A stretch of DNA of 50,051 bases, taken from the NCBI GenBank assembly GCA_003343765.1, contig QAKO01000039.1, forward strand, positions 1-50,051. Reading direction: 5' to 3'. Each line of letters opens with the position of its first letter. Positions within the stretch are counted from its first letter, which is position 1. Origin of the DNA: Bacillota bacterium. Its GTDB lineage: Bacteria > Bacillota > Clostridia > Christensenellales > Borkfalkiaceae. Positions 38,403 through 48,581 of this stretch are shown in pieces. A program made the translations under genes and the position numbers. The notes under the pieces were generated by a model, which worked only from the letters and a program-made list of their open reading frames with translations, searched no databases and was not told where the DNA came from.

Positions 38403-40733
38403 TTATTCCCCGACCGCAGGATCCTGCGCGCCCGCATCGGGGGTGGGTTTTTGTTCTTCGGGAGCGTCCTTTACAAAATCGCAGGAAGAACAGCGGATCT
38501 GTTTTCCTTTTTTGAAAAGGTACTTGCCGCATTTGGGGCATTTCTCGCCCGTAGGCATTTCCCAGCTCATGAATTTGCACTGGGGATAATTCGAACAACT
38601 GTAAAAGATCTTGCCCGCCTTGCTCTTCATGCGGCGCGTAGGCGCACCGCATACGGGGCATTTGCCCGCAAGCTCTGTGATAGGCTGGCTCGCCGAACAT
38701 TTCGGACAGCTCAGATATTTCCCGTTTCTGCCCGTCCTGTAATACATGAGCGTGCCGCATTTGGGGCATTTTTCTTTGGAGATCTCGCTGTCAAAGGGCA
38801 GAGTCGCGTTGCATTCGGGGTAATTCGGACAAGCAAGGAACTTTCCGAACTTGCCGCTCTTGACCACCATATTCGCTCCGCATTTGGGGCATTTGGTCGC
38901 CGAAATTTCCATTCCTTCGCTCTTGATGTTCGAACATTCGGGATAATTGGAACAAGCCAGATATTTCCCGTACCGCCCGCTCTTGCGGATCATCGGATGG
39001 CCGCACTTTTCACAGAGAATGTCTGTCATTTCGTCGCCGTCGTTGGCGGCAAACACCAGCTTTTCCGCAAACGGCGGATAAAAATCCGCAATGATCTTGT
39101 GCCAGTCCACGCCGCCGTCTTCGATGCCGTCCAGCTTGTCTTCCATCTTCGCCGTAAACCCGACATCCATGATATCCGTAAAATATTTCATGAGAAGATC
39201 GGTGATCTCGAACGCGACTTCCGTCGGAACCATGTATTTTCCTTCTTTCGTAACGTACTTGCGCTTGTTCAGCACGGAAATGATGCTCGCATACGTCGAA
39301 GGACGGCCGATCCCCTTATCTTCCATCGCTTTGACCAGCGACGCGTCCGTATAACGCAGGGGCGGCTTGGTGAATTTCTGCTCGCTCAGCAGGCGGATGA
39401 GATCCAGCTCTTCCCCCTCTTTGAGATTGGGCAGAAGCTTTGCGTTTTCGTTCTCATCGTCGTCTTTTTTCACTTCCTGGTATGCCGCCGTGAATCCGGC
39501 AAACTGCATGGTCTTGCCGCTCGCTTTAAAACCGTAAACACCGTTTTTGATCTTGATCTGCATACTGTTGTACAGCGCTTCGCTCATCTGCGACGCCATG
39601 AAACGGTCATAGATCAGCTTATACACGTTGTAATGTTTTTTGTCCAGCGTGCCCTTCATGCTTTCGGGCGTGCGGTTCAGATCGATGGGACGGATACACT
39701 CGTGCGCGTCCTGCGCGCCCTTTTTCGAAGCATAGAAGTTCGGCTTTTCGGGAACATATTCTTTCCCGAATTTTGCCGCAATGAAATCGCGCGCCTTTGC
39801 CTGCGCTTCCGCCGATACGCGCACGGAGTCGGTACGGATGTAGGTTACGAGCGCGATATGCCCTTCCGCTTCCGTGTCGATCCCTTCATACAGATGCTGC
39901 GCCACCAGCATGACGTCGGGCGAGGTCATGCCGAACTTGTTGGATGCGTCCTGCTGAAGCGTGGACGTCGTAAACGGTGCGGGAGCGTGCGATTTCGTCA
40001 CGCTTTTCTTGATCTCGCTGACGATATACGGATTCTCTGCCAGTTCCGCACGGACTTTTTCGTTTTCTTCCGCATTGGACGGAAGGTATTTTTTTCCGTT
40101 CTTTTCGCCGAGAAGCGCTTTGAACGGCGCGTATTCTTTGGGTCTATCCTGCAGTTCCGCGTTGATGTGCCAATACTCTTCTGGCACGAATGCCTTGATC
40201 TCGCGTTCGCGGTCTACGATCAGCCGCAATGCCACCGACTGCACGCGCCCTGCCGAAAGTCCCGAACGGATACGCTTGCAAAGCAACGGCGACAATTTAT
40301 AACCCACCAGCCTGTCCAGCACGCGGCGCGCCTGCTGCGCGTCGACAAGATTGTAATCGATCTCGCGCGGATTCTGCAATGCGCGCGTGACCGCCGCCGG
40401 TGAAATTTCGTTGAACTCGATGCGGTTTTTGCCGCCTTTGAGTTTCAAAACATTTTTCAGATGCCAGGAGATCGCTTCGCCTTCGCGGTCCGGGTCGGTT
40501 GCGAGATAGACGTGTTCCGCTTTCGCCGCTTCGTCCGCAAGACGCTTGATGACCGCCTTTTTGTCGGGATTGTCCACATAAGTCGGTTCAAAATTATTAT
40601 CGATATTCACGCCCAGCCGCTTCTCCGGCAGGTCGCGCACATGCCCGCCCGACGCGTCCACGCGGTATTTCCCCTTCAGATATTTGGATATCGTTTTCGC
40701 TTTGGAAGGCGATTCAACAATAATTAAATCCAT
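38403..40733 (-). CDS. topA: DNA topoisomerase I
   Basis: IVESPSK, TDPDREGE, SAGRVQS, TYIRTDS; C-terminal zinc ribbons. Confidence 0.98.
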   Translation of the reverse strand: MDLIIVESPSKAKTISKYLKGKYRVDASGGHVRDLPEKRLGVNIDNNFEPTYVDNPDKKAVIKRLADEAAKAEHVYLATDPDREGEAISWHLKNVLKLKGGKNRIEFNEISPAAVTRALQNPREIDYNLVDAQQARRVLDRLVGYKLSPLLCKRIRSGLSAGRVQSVALRLIVDREREIKAFVPEEYWHINAELQDRPKEYAPFKALLGEKNGKKYLPSNAEENEKVRAELAENPYIVSEIKKSVTKSHAPAPFTTSTLQQDASNKFGMTSPDVMLVAQHLYEGIDTEAEGHIALVTYIRTDSVRVSAEAQAKARDFIAAKFGKEYVPEKPNFYASKKGAQDAHECIRPIDLNRTPESMKGTLDKKHYNVYKLIYDRFMASQMSEALYNSMQIKIKNGVYGFKASGKTMQFAGFTAAYQEVKKDDDENENAKLLPNLKEGEELDLIRLLSEQKFTKPPLRYTDASLVKAMEDKGIGRPSTYASIISVLNKRKYVTKEGKYMVPTEVAFEITDLLMKYFTDIMDVGFTAKMEDKLDGIEDGGVDWHKIIADFYPPFAEKLVFAANDGDEMTDILCEKCGHPMIRKSGRYGKYLACSNYPECSNIKSEGMEISATKCPKCGANMVVKSGKFGKFLACPNYPECNATLPFDSEISKEKCPKCGTLMYYRTGRNGKYLSCPKCSASQPITELAGKCPVCGAPTRRMKSKAGKIFYSCSNYPQCKFMSWEMPTGEKCPKCGKYLFKKGKQIRCSSCDFVKDAPEEQKPTPDAGAQDPAVGE

Positions 40734-40790
40734 ACATACCTCTTTCCGACATCAATTTTTTCCGATTTTTCTCAAACATTCGCCGCCCTT

Positions 40791-41867
40791 TCATCGGGCA
40801 GCCGCCCAACGGTTCCCTCCGCAGGATACCGCCAGTTTTTTCATTTCCAGCATGGTCAGCACGATCGGTACTTCGTGCAATCTTAATCCGCTCTTTTGCG
40901 CGATCTCCGTGATATGCGCTTCCCCTTCCCGAAGAATTTCATAGACCGCCTGCTCCGCCGCACTCAGGGAAATTTTTTCCGTTTCGGTCAAGTTTATACC
41001 AAAAGCGGCGTAAATGTCAACTAAATTTTCCGTCAATTTTGCGTATTCTTTGATCAGCGCATTGCACCCGACTCCCGACGGAACACCGATCGAATAGGGA
41101 AACGCAAACACGTCGCGGCCGTATTCGTATGCCTTTGCCGCCGTGATCCGCGTGCCGCTCTTTTCCCCGCCGCTCACGACAAGTACGCCCTCCGACAGCC
41201 CCGCGATGATCCTGTTCCGCATGGGAAAATGATACGGAAGCGGTTTTTGCTGCGGCAGATATTCGCTGACCGCAAGACCCTTTCCTTCCACTCTTTCCAG
41301 CAATGCACGGTTACAGCCCGGATATACATGATCGAATCCGTACGCAAGCACCGAAATCGCCCGACCGCGGTTCAACGCACCGCCAAGAGCCGCGCTGTCG
41401 CCGCCGTCCGCAAGACCCGTCACGATCACAAATTCCGAAGAAAGCCCTTCCGCAAATTCTTCCGTGCGTTTCATCACCTGCGGAAGCGTGCGCCGCGATC
41501 CGACGATCGCGAATTTTCTCTCTGATAATAGATCTGTATTGCCTCGGCAATACAGCACCAGCGGCGGATCGGAGATCTGCCGCAATTCCTCCGGGTACTT
41601 CTCCGAAACGAACGTTACGCACTCGATCCGCTTTTCCGAATACATATGCAGCAGCCTGTCCGTATATTCCTGATCCGACAAAGAACGCTCCATCGCTTCT
41701 ACCGTTTCTTCGCCCGCCGTTTCTGCAACCGCAGGGCGGTATTTACGGAAATTTTCAAAGAGCGCCTGCGCCGAAGCCGCCAGTTTGTAGAGCTTTGCCT
41801 TTCTGGAATATTCCAATCCGAACGAATCCAGACAGATGACCGCCCTTTCTTCTTTTGTGTATGTCAT
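40791..41867 (-). CDS. dprA: DNA processing protein DprA
   Basis: DPPLVLY, AIVGSR, FPMRNRIIAGLS. Confidence 0.95.
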   Translation of the reverse strand: MTYTKEERAVICLDSFGLEYSRKAKLYKLAASAQALFENFRKYRPAVAETAGEETVEAMERSLSDQEYTDRLLHMYSEKRIECVTFVSEKYPEELRQISDPPLVLYCRGNTDLLSERKFAIVGSRRTLPQVMKRTEEFAEGLSSEFVIVTGLADGGDSAALGGALNRGRAISVLAYGFDHVYPGCNRALLERVEGKGLAVSEYLPQQKPLPYHFPMRNRIIAGLSEGVLVVSGGEKSGTRITAAKAYEYGRDVFAFPYSIGVPSGVGCNALIKEYAKLTENLVDIYAAFGINLTETEKISLSAAEQAVYEILREGEAHITEIAQKSGLRLHEVPIVLTMLEMKKLAVSCGGNRWAAAR

Positions 41868-41882
41868 GAAAAAGACCTGCCG

Positions 41883-43409
41883 TCACTGAAAATTTTCATA
41901 ACTGCGGTAGGACACCGCTTCCAGAATATGTTCGGGCGCGATCTGTTCGCTCTGCGCCATGTCCGCGATCGTGCGAGCTACTTTGATGATCCTTGCCCGT
42001 GCGCGCGCCGATAGTTTCAGGCGCTCGAACGACATTCGCAGAATGTTTTCACATTCGCGCGAAAGGCGGCAGAATTTCTGCATTTCACGCTCGCCCATGT
42101 CCGCGTTTGTCGTCATCTTCTGCAACCCTTGAAAGCGTTTCCGCTGAATTTCCCGCGTACGTTCCACCCGTTTTTTGACGATCTCCGAACTTTCTTCCAC
42201 CGTATCCGCTACGAGATCGTCGTACTTGACGGAATCCGCTTCCACCTGAATATCGATACGATCCAGAAGCGGCCCGCTCAGCCGCGAACGGTATTTATGG
42301 ATCGCGGCGGGCGTACAGGTACACACCTTATCCGTACTCCCGTAATTGCCGCACGGGCATGGATTCATGCTCGCACAGAGCATGAAATTTGCCGGAAACG
42401 TAACCGCCCCGCCCGCCCGCGTGACGGTAATGCAACCGTCTTCCAGCGGCTGACGCAGCGCTTCCAGAGCGCTCCTGTGGTATTCGGGCAACTCGTCCAG
42501 AAACAGCACGCCGTGATGAGCCAGACTGATCTCCCCGGGTTTTACGGCGCGCGTGCCGCCGCCGCACAAAGATACCGTCGTCGCCGTATGGTGCGGCGTG
42601 CGGAACGGACGCAAAGTCACGATCCCCTCTTGCCCGAGAATCCCCGCCACCGAATGGATCTTCGTCACTTCCAACGCTTCTTCAAACGTCATGTCGGGCA
42701 TAATCGTCGGAATACACCTCGCCAGCATCGTCTTGCCCGCGCCGGGCGGCCCGACCAGTAAAATATTGTGTCCGCCCGATACCGCCACTTCCAACGCACG
42801 CTTTGCGATCGCCTGTCCTTTCACAAACGCCAGATCGGAAGAATACTGCCCCCTCTGTGCCGCTTCGTATTTTTTCGCCGTTAAAGGCGAAAGCCTTAAA
42901 AGTCCGCTTAAGTGATCCACCACCTGCGTCAGCGTGGCTGCCGTATAGATTTCCAGCCCCTCGATATACGCCGCTTCTTCCGCATTGCCCGCAGGCAGAA
43001 TAAATGAACTGTATCCGCGCGCTTTCGCCGAGATCAGCAGCGGCAAAATACCCGTCACAGGTCTCAGACTCCCGTCCAGTGCAAGCTCGCCTAAAAACAC
43101 CGTCCTGCCCGTTTCCGCGCCCTGCAGCTGACCCGTCGCCTTCAGAATCCCCACCGCTATGGGAAGATCGTACCAGCTTCCCTCTTTTTTCAGATCGGCA
43201 GGAGCAAGATTTACCGTGATCTTCTGCGCCGGAAATTTTCGGCCGCTGTTTTTCAGCGCCGACCGCACCCGCTCACGGCTCTCTTTTACAGCCGCATCCG
43301 CAAGCCCCACCAGCTCATAGGACGGAAGCCCGTTGTTAATGTCCGTTTCCACTTCCACCGGAATCCCGTCCAGTCCCGAAAGCGCAAAACTCATGACTTT
43401 GGATAACAT
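41883..43409 (-). CDS. comM: YifB/ComM Mg-chelatase-like AAA ATPase
   Basis: ESRERV, ITVNLAPAD, GPPGAGKT, LSGPLLDRID; start ATG 43409 with GGGAGG RBS. Confidence 0.93.
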   Translation of the reverse strand: MLSKVMSFALSGLDGIPVEVETDINNGLPSYELVGLADAAVKESRERVRSALKNSGRKFPAQKITVNLAPADLKKEGSWYDLPIAVGILKATGQLQGAETGRTVFLGELALDGSLRPVTGILPLLISAKARGYSSFILPAGNAEEAAYIEGLEIYTAATLTQVVDHLSGLLRLSPLTAKKYEAAQRGQYSSDLAFVKGQAIAKRALEVAVSGGHNILLVGPPGAGKTMLARCIPTIMPDMTFEEALEVTKIHSVAGILGQEGIVTLRPFRTPHHTATTVSLCGGGTRAVKPGEISLAHHGVLFLDELPEYHRSALEALRQPLEDGCITVTRAGGAVTFPANFMLCASMNPCPCGNYGSTDKVCTCTPAAIHKYRSRLSGPLLDRIDIQVEADSVKYDDLVADTVEESSEIVKKRVERTREIQRKRFQGLQKMTTNADMGEREMQKFCRLSRECENILRMSFERLKLSARARARIIKVARTIADMAQSEQIAPEHILEAVSYRSYENFQ

Positions 43410-43523
43410 TTCCCGCCTCCCCTCGGCTTCCCGCCGTTCGTTCTTTTCTCTCCCCGCTCTTTTTTCAGATTCATTCCAATCAACACTGTCTCTTTCCCGA
43501 ACCGCAACACCGACCGCTCTTTT

Positions 43524-43663
43524 CCGACATTCGCCTGTTGCCGACATTCGCTTGTTGCCGACGTTTACCTGTTGCCAACGTTTACTTGTTGCGATGTTTG
43601 CCTGTTGCCGACGTTTGCCTGTTGGCGACGTTCGCCTGTTGGCGACGTTTGCCTGTTGGCGAC
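43524..43663. repeat. About 8.3 tandem copies of a 17-bp unit, (c/g)cgacgtttgcctgttg
   Basis: Units start at 43524, 43541, 43558, 43575, 43592 (16 bp), 43608, 43625, 43642. Confidence 0.92.
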
Positions 43664-43817
43664 AGTTCCCCCTTCGGTCATGCATTTTACGCTTGGCAAG
43701 GACAAGCAGATATTCCCGAAACAGCAAAGAGTATTGTAATTTTCGCGATGTTTTTTTAAAAAAGGTGTAAAAATACCGCGCATACGCGTGCGCGGATATT
43801 TTCAGTTTCAGTAAAAT

Positions 43818-45971
43818 TTACGGTCTGTAGATCCCGTTGCTCAAAAACGTCGTCCAGCCGAAGCAGATCTTCGCCGCAAGCGGAGCGATCGGGATACCGA
43901 ACAGCATCGGGATGGTCAGCACAAAGATCAATGCGTATACCGTGCAAACGCCCGTCATTACTTTCAGAGTCGTATTCATCGGGACACCGAAAAGTTTTTT
44001 CCGCACTCCCGTATCATGCACATACGCCGTGTAGAACATCAATACGGCGAATCCTGCATAGAATACGGAGAACAACAAGCTGTCTGCCGCACTCGTGCCG
44101 CCGACAAACAAATACTGCAACAGCGAAGTCACCAACCCCGCCAGGAGCAGGAAATACGCATTCAGAATGCGCGGCGTGTGCGCGGACGCATACGCGCTGT
44201 TTTTCTTGCCCGTAGCAAAATATAAGATGACGTAGATCGTCGTAAAGATCAGCCCGATGAGCGACGTGATCGCCAATGCAAGATTCATCTGCGCATTCAT
44301 CGCTATATAAACGCTCTCATTCGACGACGAGAACAGCGTGGCGCCTTTGAGCGAAAGGAACCATCCGAACGGATTGACCGCATTTGCCGACGTGAACGCC
44401 GTCGTATTCGCGAGAGTAAAGCTGTCTTTTACCGCCGCCCAGACAATCCCGAATATGCCGATCGTCGGCACAGCCGGATTCGTCTCGTAAAGCTTTACGT
44501 ACGTAAAATAAGAAGGAATTGCGGAAAGTATCGTGATAAGTACCGTCGCCGCCACAAACGAAACAAAGAAGAACAGCCACAGGATCCGCGACGAATATCC
44601 GCTTTCCATGCGGATCAGACGTTCCTGCCGTTCGCTCTCCTGCAGGTTTTTCAACATATCCTCTTCCGATTTTGCAGCCGCATTCTTATCCAGAGCCATC
44701 TTACGCACTGAAGAAAGTTCCGCTTTCCCTTCCCGGTATACGCGTACCCAACCGACAACAAACAACGCCGCCAGACCGATCAATGCAAATACCGCTTTCG
44801 GATCGGTCGCAAACGCAAATGCAAAAAAGATGCCCGAAATCAATACGTTCGCCGCGGATTTGACAGGACGTTCCTTGGAAATTCCGTCCTCGTAGAAGCG
44901 GAACATGAAATAATACGCCGCCACCGCAAACAGCGCGATCATGGAATATGCAAACCCCAGCCTGCCCACCGTGAGTGCCAGTCCGCCCAGCGCAGCAAAA
45001 CACGCAAACATGAATCCGAATCCGCTGCTCTTGAACAAGCGCTTGCCCAATAAATACACAAAGACGATCATCGCCGCCGCGCAGAGGACCGAGAATATCC
45101 GCAGACCGAACGGACTCATTCCGAAAATCAGCGTCCCCAACATGGGCAAAAGCACCGAAAACGGCCCGAAATCCGTCTGCGAATGGAATGTTCCTTCCAC
45201 CACCATCTTGCCCAGCAAAATATCGTCGATCTGCATCAACGTGTATTTTTCATCCTGCGTGAAATCCGTATACGCCGTATTTCCGTCCGCATAATTGTCC
45301 TGCGCATCCGTCAGCCGCGTCGGATCCCCCGATTTCCCGTATTCCTTTGTATGATCATTCCTCGTGAACAGATCACGATAATACGGCCACTGCGCGTCCG
45401 TGAAAAATGTCTTTACACTCTTTTCCGTCAAATATGCGGGTATAATATTCCCTTCCGTATCCACAAATACGACTTCGTTGACCAGCATCTCCGTTTTTAC
45501 GGTCAGACGGATCAGAGAATAACTCGTACTCAGCGACTTGCCGGATTCCGTCAGATCAAATACTTTCACCCAGTCGTAATTCGTTCCTTTCGTGTCTTCC
45601 GCATCCGAAACGTATACATTGCCGAGTTTGACCGTTCCCAACGTCGAACTGCTGAACGTGGGCGTCGAGGAGGACGACTTGGACGCATACCGGAATTCCA
45701 CCGAAACATCCTTTCCTACTTCATCGTATATGCTCCCGACATTCAGATATACCCTGTCCAGTTTTGCCCCTTCCTGATAATCCAGATAAAATACGACATT
45801 GGAATCCGCCGCCATATAATAAGAACGACCCGCTCCCGTAAATCCGCCGATCGTGCAGGCACTCACAATCAAAAATACCAACACCAGAACGAATGCCGCT
45901 TTTCCGAATACGGAAATCTGCCGCACGCGCTCTCTCAGATTCTGTAAACGGGTTTGTCTTTCTATCTGCAT
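43818..45971 (-). CDS. PMT-like (GT-C) polytopic membrane glycosyltransferase
   Basis: DE motif (QDEKY), IFGMSPFGLR, many TMs, large extracytoplasmic N-terminal domain. Confidence 0.7.
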   Translation of the reverse strand: MQIERQTRLQNLRERVRQISVFGKAAFVLVLVFLIVSACTIGGFTGAGRSYYMAADSNVVFYLDYQEGAKLDRVYLNVGSIYDEVGKDVSVEFRYASKSSSSTPTFSSSTLGTVKLGNVYVSDAEDTKGTNYDWVKVFDLTESGKSLSTSYSLIRLTVKTEMLVNEVVFVDTEGNIIPAYLTEKSVKTFFTDAQWPYYRDLFTRNDHTKEYGKSGDPTRLTDAQDNYADGNTAYTDFTQDEKYTLMQIDDILLGKMVVEGTFHSQTDFGPFSVLLPMLGTLIFGMSPFGLRIFSVLCAAAMIVFVYLLGKRLFKSSGFGFMFACFAALGGLALTVGRLGFAYSMIALFAVAAYYFMFRFYEDGISKERPVKSAANVLISGIFFAFAFATDPKAVFALIGLAALFVVGWVRVYREGKAELSSVRKMALDKNAAAKSEEDMLKNLQESERQERLIRMESGYSSRILWLFFFVSFVAATVLITILSAIPSYFTYVKLYETNPAVPTIGIFGIVWAAVKDSFTLANTTAFTSANAVNPFGWFLSLKGATLFSSSNESVYIAMNAQMNLALAITSLIGLIFTTIYVILYFATGKKNSAYASAHTPRILNAYFLLLAGLVTSLLQYLFVGGTSAADSLLFSVFYAGFAVLMFYTAYVHDTGVRKKLFGVPMNTTLKVMTGVCTVYALIFVLTIPMLFGIPIAPLAAKICFGWTTFLSNGIYRP

Positions 45972-46184
45972 ATTCTGTCACCTGTTTCCTTGAAATCCGC
46001 TACCCTGCTTTTATGACAGGATGAGCTATATTCTATTATACCGCAAAATTCTTTATCTGTAAACCCCTTTTGCCCTGTCTGACACAAAAAATACGGACAA
46101 GCCTTTCCCTTTCCGTTTTTTCTTTTCCCCGCCCGCCGACCGCATTCCGAAAAATTTTTTCTTCGTCGGAAAATCCTGCCGTTT

Positions 46185-47522
46185 TTACCCTGCGGCAGGA
46201 TTTTCCGCTTTTTCCGTTTTTCTCTTCCGCGACAAGACCGCATAAGCCGTCAGCGCGGCGATACAGACCAGAAATTCGGTCACGGGAAAAGCGAGCCATA
46301 CACCCGTTTCGCCCCAGAGAGCCGCCAACAAGAACGCCGCGGGGATCAGGACGGCAAATCCGCGCAAAAGAGATAAAATATGCGCGGGCAGCGGCGTTTC
46401 TGTCGCCGCAAAGTAAGAGCAGAACAGAATGTTCAGCCCCGCAAACGGCGCGGCAAGAAAATACAGCTTCAACCCGCGAACCGCCATTTCGCAGAGAAGC
46501 TCCGACCCTTCTTTATTGAAAATCTGCGTGACGGGCAGCGCAAAGACAAATAACAACAAATACGCGGCAACCGCGAATACTGCGGTGCAAGCGGCGGACA
46601 TTTTCAGCAAGGCGCGTTCGGAAAGGAAATCCGATTTGCCCTTTGCTCGGCTGAAAAGCGGCTGCACGCCCTGCGAAATGCCGTTGAATACCGACAACAC
46701 GACCAAAGAAATATTGGCTATGACGCCGTATGCCGCCACGCCCGTGTTGCCGGCGATCCGCAAAAACAGAAAGTTGAACACAATGATCGCAACGGCGGAA
46801 GAGAGCTGCTCGACGAGCGACGGAAATCCCAGCGTAAAATTGCAGCGCATCAGCCGAAGCGAAGCGTCCCGCGGCAAAAAACGAAAACCGTTTTTTCCGC
46901 GAAGAATGTGCGACACGGAAAAACCCAGCCCGATCACGGGAGCAAAACCCGTCGCAAGAACCGCGCCGAGCATTCCCATTCCGCAGGGGAAAATAAAGAT
47001 ATAGTCGAGCAGAATGTTGGCAAGGCTTCCCGACACGGTGGCAAACATGGCAGTATGCGGTGCGCCGTCGTTTCGGACAAAACACACCAGCACGGTATTG
47101 AAAAGAAATGCGGGCGAAAACAACAGCAGCACCCGCAGATACGTCTGCGTCATTGCAAACGTCTGCGCATCGGCACCGAGAAGCTGCGCCAAGCCGCCCG
47201 AAGCGAAACACCCCGCCATTATATATAGAACAGAAAAGCAAGCCGCAAGATACACGGTATTCGTAAAAACGCGCCAGGCATTCCGATCGTCGCCCTGCGT
47301 TTTATACACCGAATATCTGGTTGCTCCGCCGATCCCCAGCATGAGCGCCGTGCCGTTGATCAGATTATAGATCGGAATCGCCAGATTCAGTGCCGCAAGT
47401 CCGTTTGTACCCAATCCCTGCGCCACAAAAAACGTGTCTGCAAGAATATAACAGGATACCCCCACCATTCCCAGCACGCTCAAAAACGCATATCTTGTAA
47501 ACTCTTTTGCAAGTTTTTTCAT
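46185..47522 (-). CDS. MATE-family efflux transporter
   Basis: YILADTFFV, NILLDYIFIF, GAVLAT, GVWLAFP; alternative start 47540. Confidence 0.93.
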   Translation of the reverse strand: MKKLAKEFTRYAFLSVLGMVGVSCYILADTFFVAQGLGTNGLAALNLAIPIYNLINGTALMLGIGGATRYSVYKTQGDDRNAWRVFTNTVYLAACFSVLYIMAGCFASGGLAQLLGADAQTFAMTQTYLRVLLLFSPAFLFNTVLVCFVRNDGAPHTAMFATVSGSLANILLDYIFIFPCGMGMLGAVLATGFAPVIGLGFSVSHILRGKNGFRFLPRDASLRLMRCNFTLGFPSLVEQLSSAVAIIVFNFLFLRIAGNTGVAAYGVIANISLVVLSVFNGISQGVQPLFSRAKGKSDFLSERALLKMSAACTAVFAVAAYLLLFVFALPVTQIFNKEGSELLCEMAVRGLKLYFLAAPFAGLNILFCSYFAATETPLPAHILSLLRGFAVLIPAAFLLAALWGETGVWLAFPVTEFLVCIAALTAYAVLSRKRKTEKAENPAAG

Positions 47523-47607
47523 TCCCTGCCTCTTTACCAAAAACTCACCCCGCCGCCAATTCCGAAATTTCTCCCTGCGCTTTCATCCGCAAAGCCTTTT
47601 CGGCCAT

Positions 47608-47690
47608 AAAAAATGCGCCGGCAAATTTATGTCTGCTAAGGCCTGACGACATAAATCCCGACGCTTACGCTTACCCGGCGGCAAAGCGCA
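47608..47690 (-). ncRNA. Probable Na+ (DUF1646-motif) riboswitch/attenuator
   Basis: Minus strand GGGUAAGCGUAAGCG...GUCGUCAGGCCUUAGCAGAC...GCCGGCGC-AUUUUU in the MATE leader; class match is from memory. Confidence 0.55.
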
Positions 47691-47705
47691 ATCTCTTTTT
47701 TTCTT

Positions 47706-47747
47706 ACCTTAACACAAACGGCGGCGTTTGTCAAGCAAACGCCGCCG
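47706..47747 (-). promoter_or_regulatory. MATE promoter with a 12-bp inverted repeat over the -35 box
   Basis: TTGACA(47734-47729)-17-TAAGGT; cggcggcgtttg-tcaag-caaacgccgccg. Confidence 0.55.
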
Positions 47748-48050
47748 CTGAATTCATTTTACACTTTTATCCTCACTCTTTCCCACGACCTGTTACGACT
47801 CCTTTCGGGCATTTGCACAGTCGACCGTCTTACACATGAACGAGCATCATTCTGCCGAATTTCAGTGTATTTGCTTTGCCGCGCCGCCGACGCACCCCCC
47901 GTCGGCGGCGCGGCACTGAAAAATGCAGCATTGCTTCGCCCGAAAGAGAGAAAAGCTCCGTTTCCGTCCGCGATGCGTTCACTGCTTCAGAAAATGTTTT
48001 TGCTCCCAGTCAAAAAATGAAATGGCCGAAAAACCACAAAAAACAAAGGA

Positions 48051-48079
48051 AAACGCTCCGCACGATGTGCGGAGCGTTT
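48051..48079 (-). terminator. rplS terminator
   Basis: aaacgctccgcac-gat-gtgcggagcgttt. Confidence 0.8.
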
Positions 48080-48092
48080 GTCGATTTTTCGT

Positions 48093-48437
48093 TTAACGAA
48101 CTTCTTTGATTTTTGCAGCTTTACCCGTTCTGCCGCGCAGATAGTAAAGTTTTGCCCTGCGAACCTGACCTTTACGGATCACGGTGATGTCCGCAATTTT
48201 CGGGGAATGTACAGGGAACGTACGCTCCACGCCTACACCGTAGGACAATCTGCGAACCGTGAACGTTTCACGGATCCCGCCGTTCTTCTTGGCGATAACC
48301 ACGCCTTCGAACGCCTGCAATCTTTCGCGCGTTCCTTCGACGACTTTCACGCTTACTTTTACGGTGTCGCCTACGTTGAAAGCGGGAACGCTGTCTTTCA
48401 GATTCTCTTTTTCGATTGCTTCAATCAAACCTTTCAT
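48093..48437 (-). CDS. rplS: 50S ribosomal protein L19
   Basis: [29 protein letters not shown]. Confidence 0.98.
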   Translation of the reverse strand: MKGLIEAIEKENLKDSVPAFNVGDTVKVSVKVVEGTRERLQAFEGVVIAKKNGGIRETFTVRRLSYGVGVERTFPVHSPKIADITVIRKGQVRRAKLYYLRGRTGKAAKIKEVR

Positions 48438-48457
48438 CGACTTTACCTCCATATTAC

Positions 48458-48497
48458 GAAGCGTTCGTAGCCGTTTTTGCCAGAGGACCGCCCGAAG
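48458..48497 (-). ncRNA. Probable L19 leader
   Basis: GGCGGUCCUCUG...ACGAACG just upstream of the rplS RBS; resemblance to the Firmicutes L19 leader from memory. Confidence 0.55.
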
Positions 48498-48581
48498 TCT
48501 TTTGCTATTTTATCATATTTGCGCGATCTGCGCAACCGTTTTTATGCGCAAACCGTAAAATATTTTACAGAATTGCGTTTT

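Noticed and set aside
43524..43663. CRISPR array (also 22363-22448 and 29278-29388)
   Set aside because: Head-to-tail repeats with no unique spacers and no cas genes
43410..43727. N-terminal extension of comM (614-aa ORF)
   Set aside because: Artefact of reading through the 17-bp repeat; homology and RBS start at 43409
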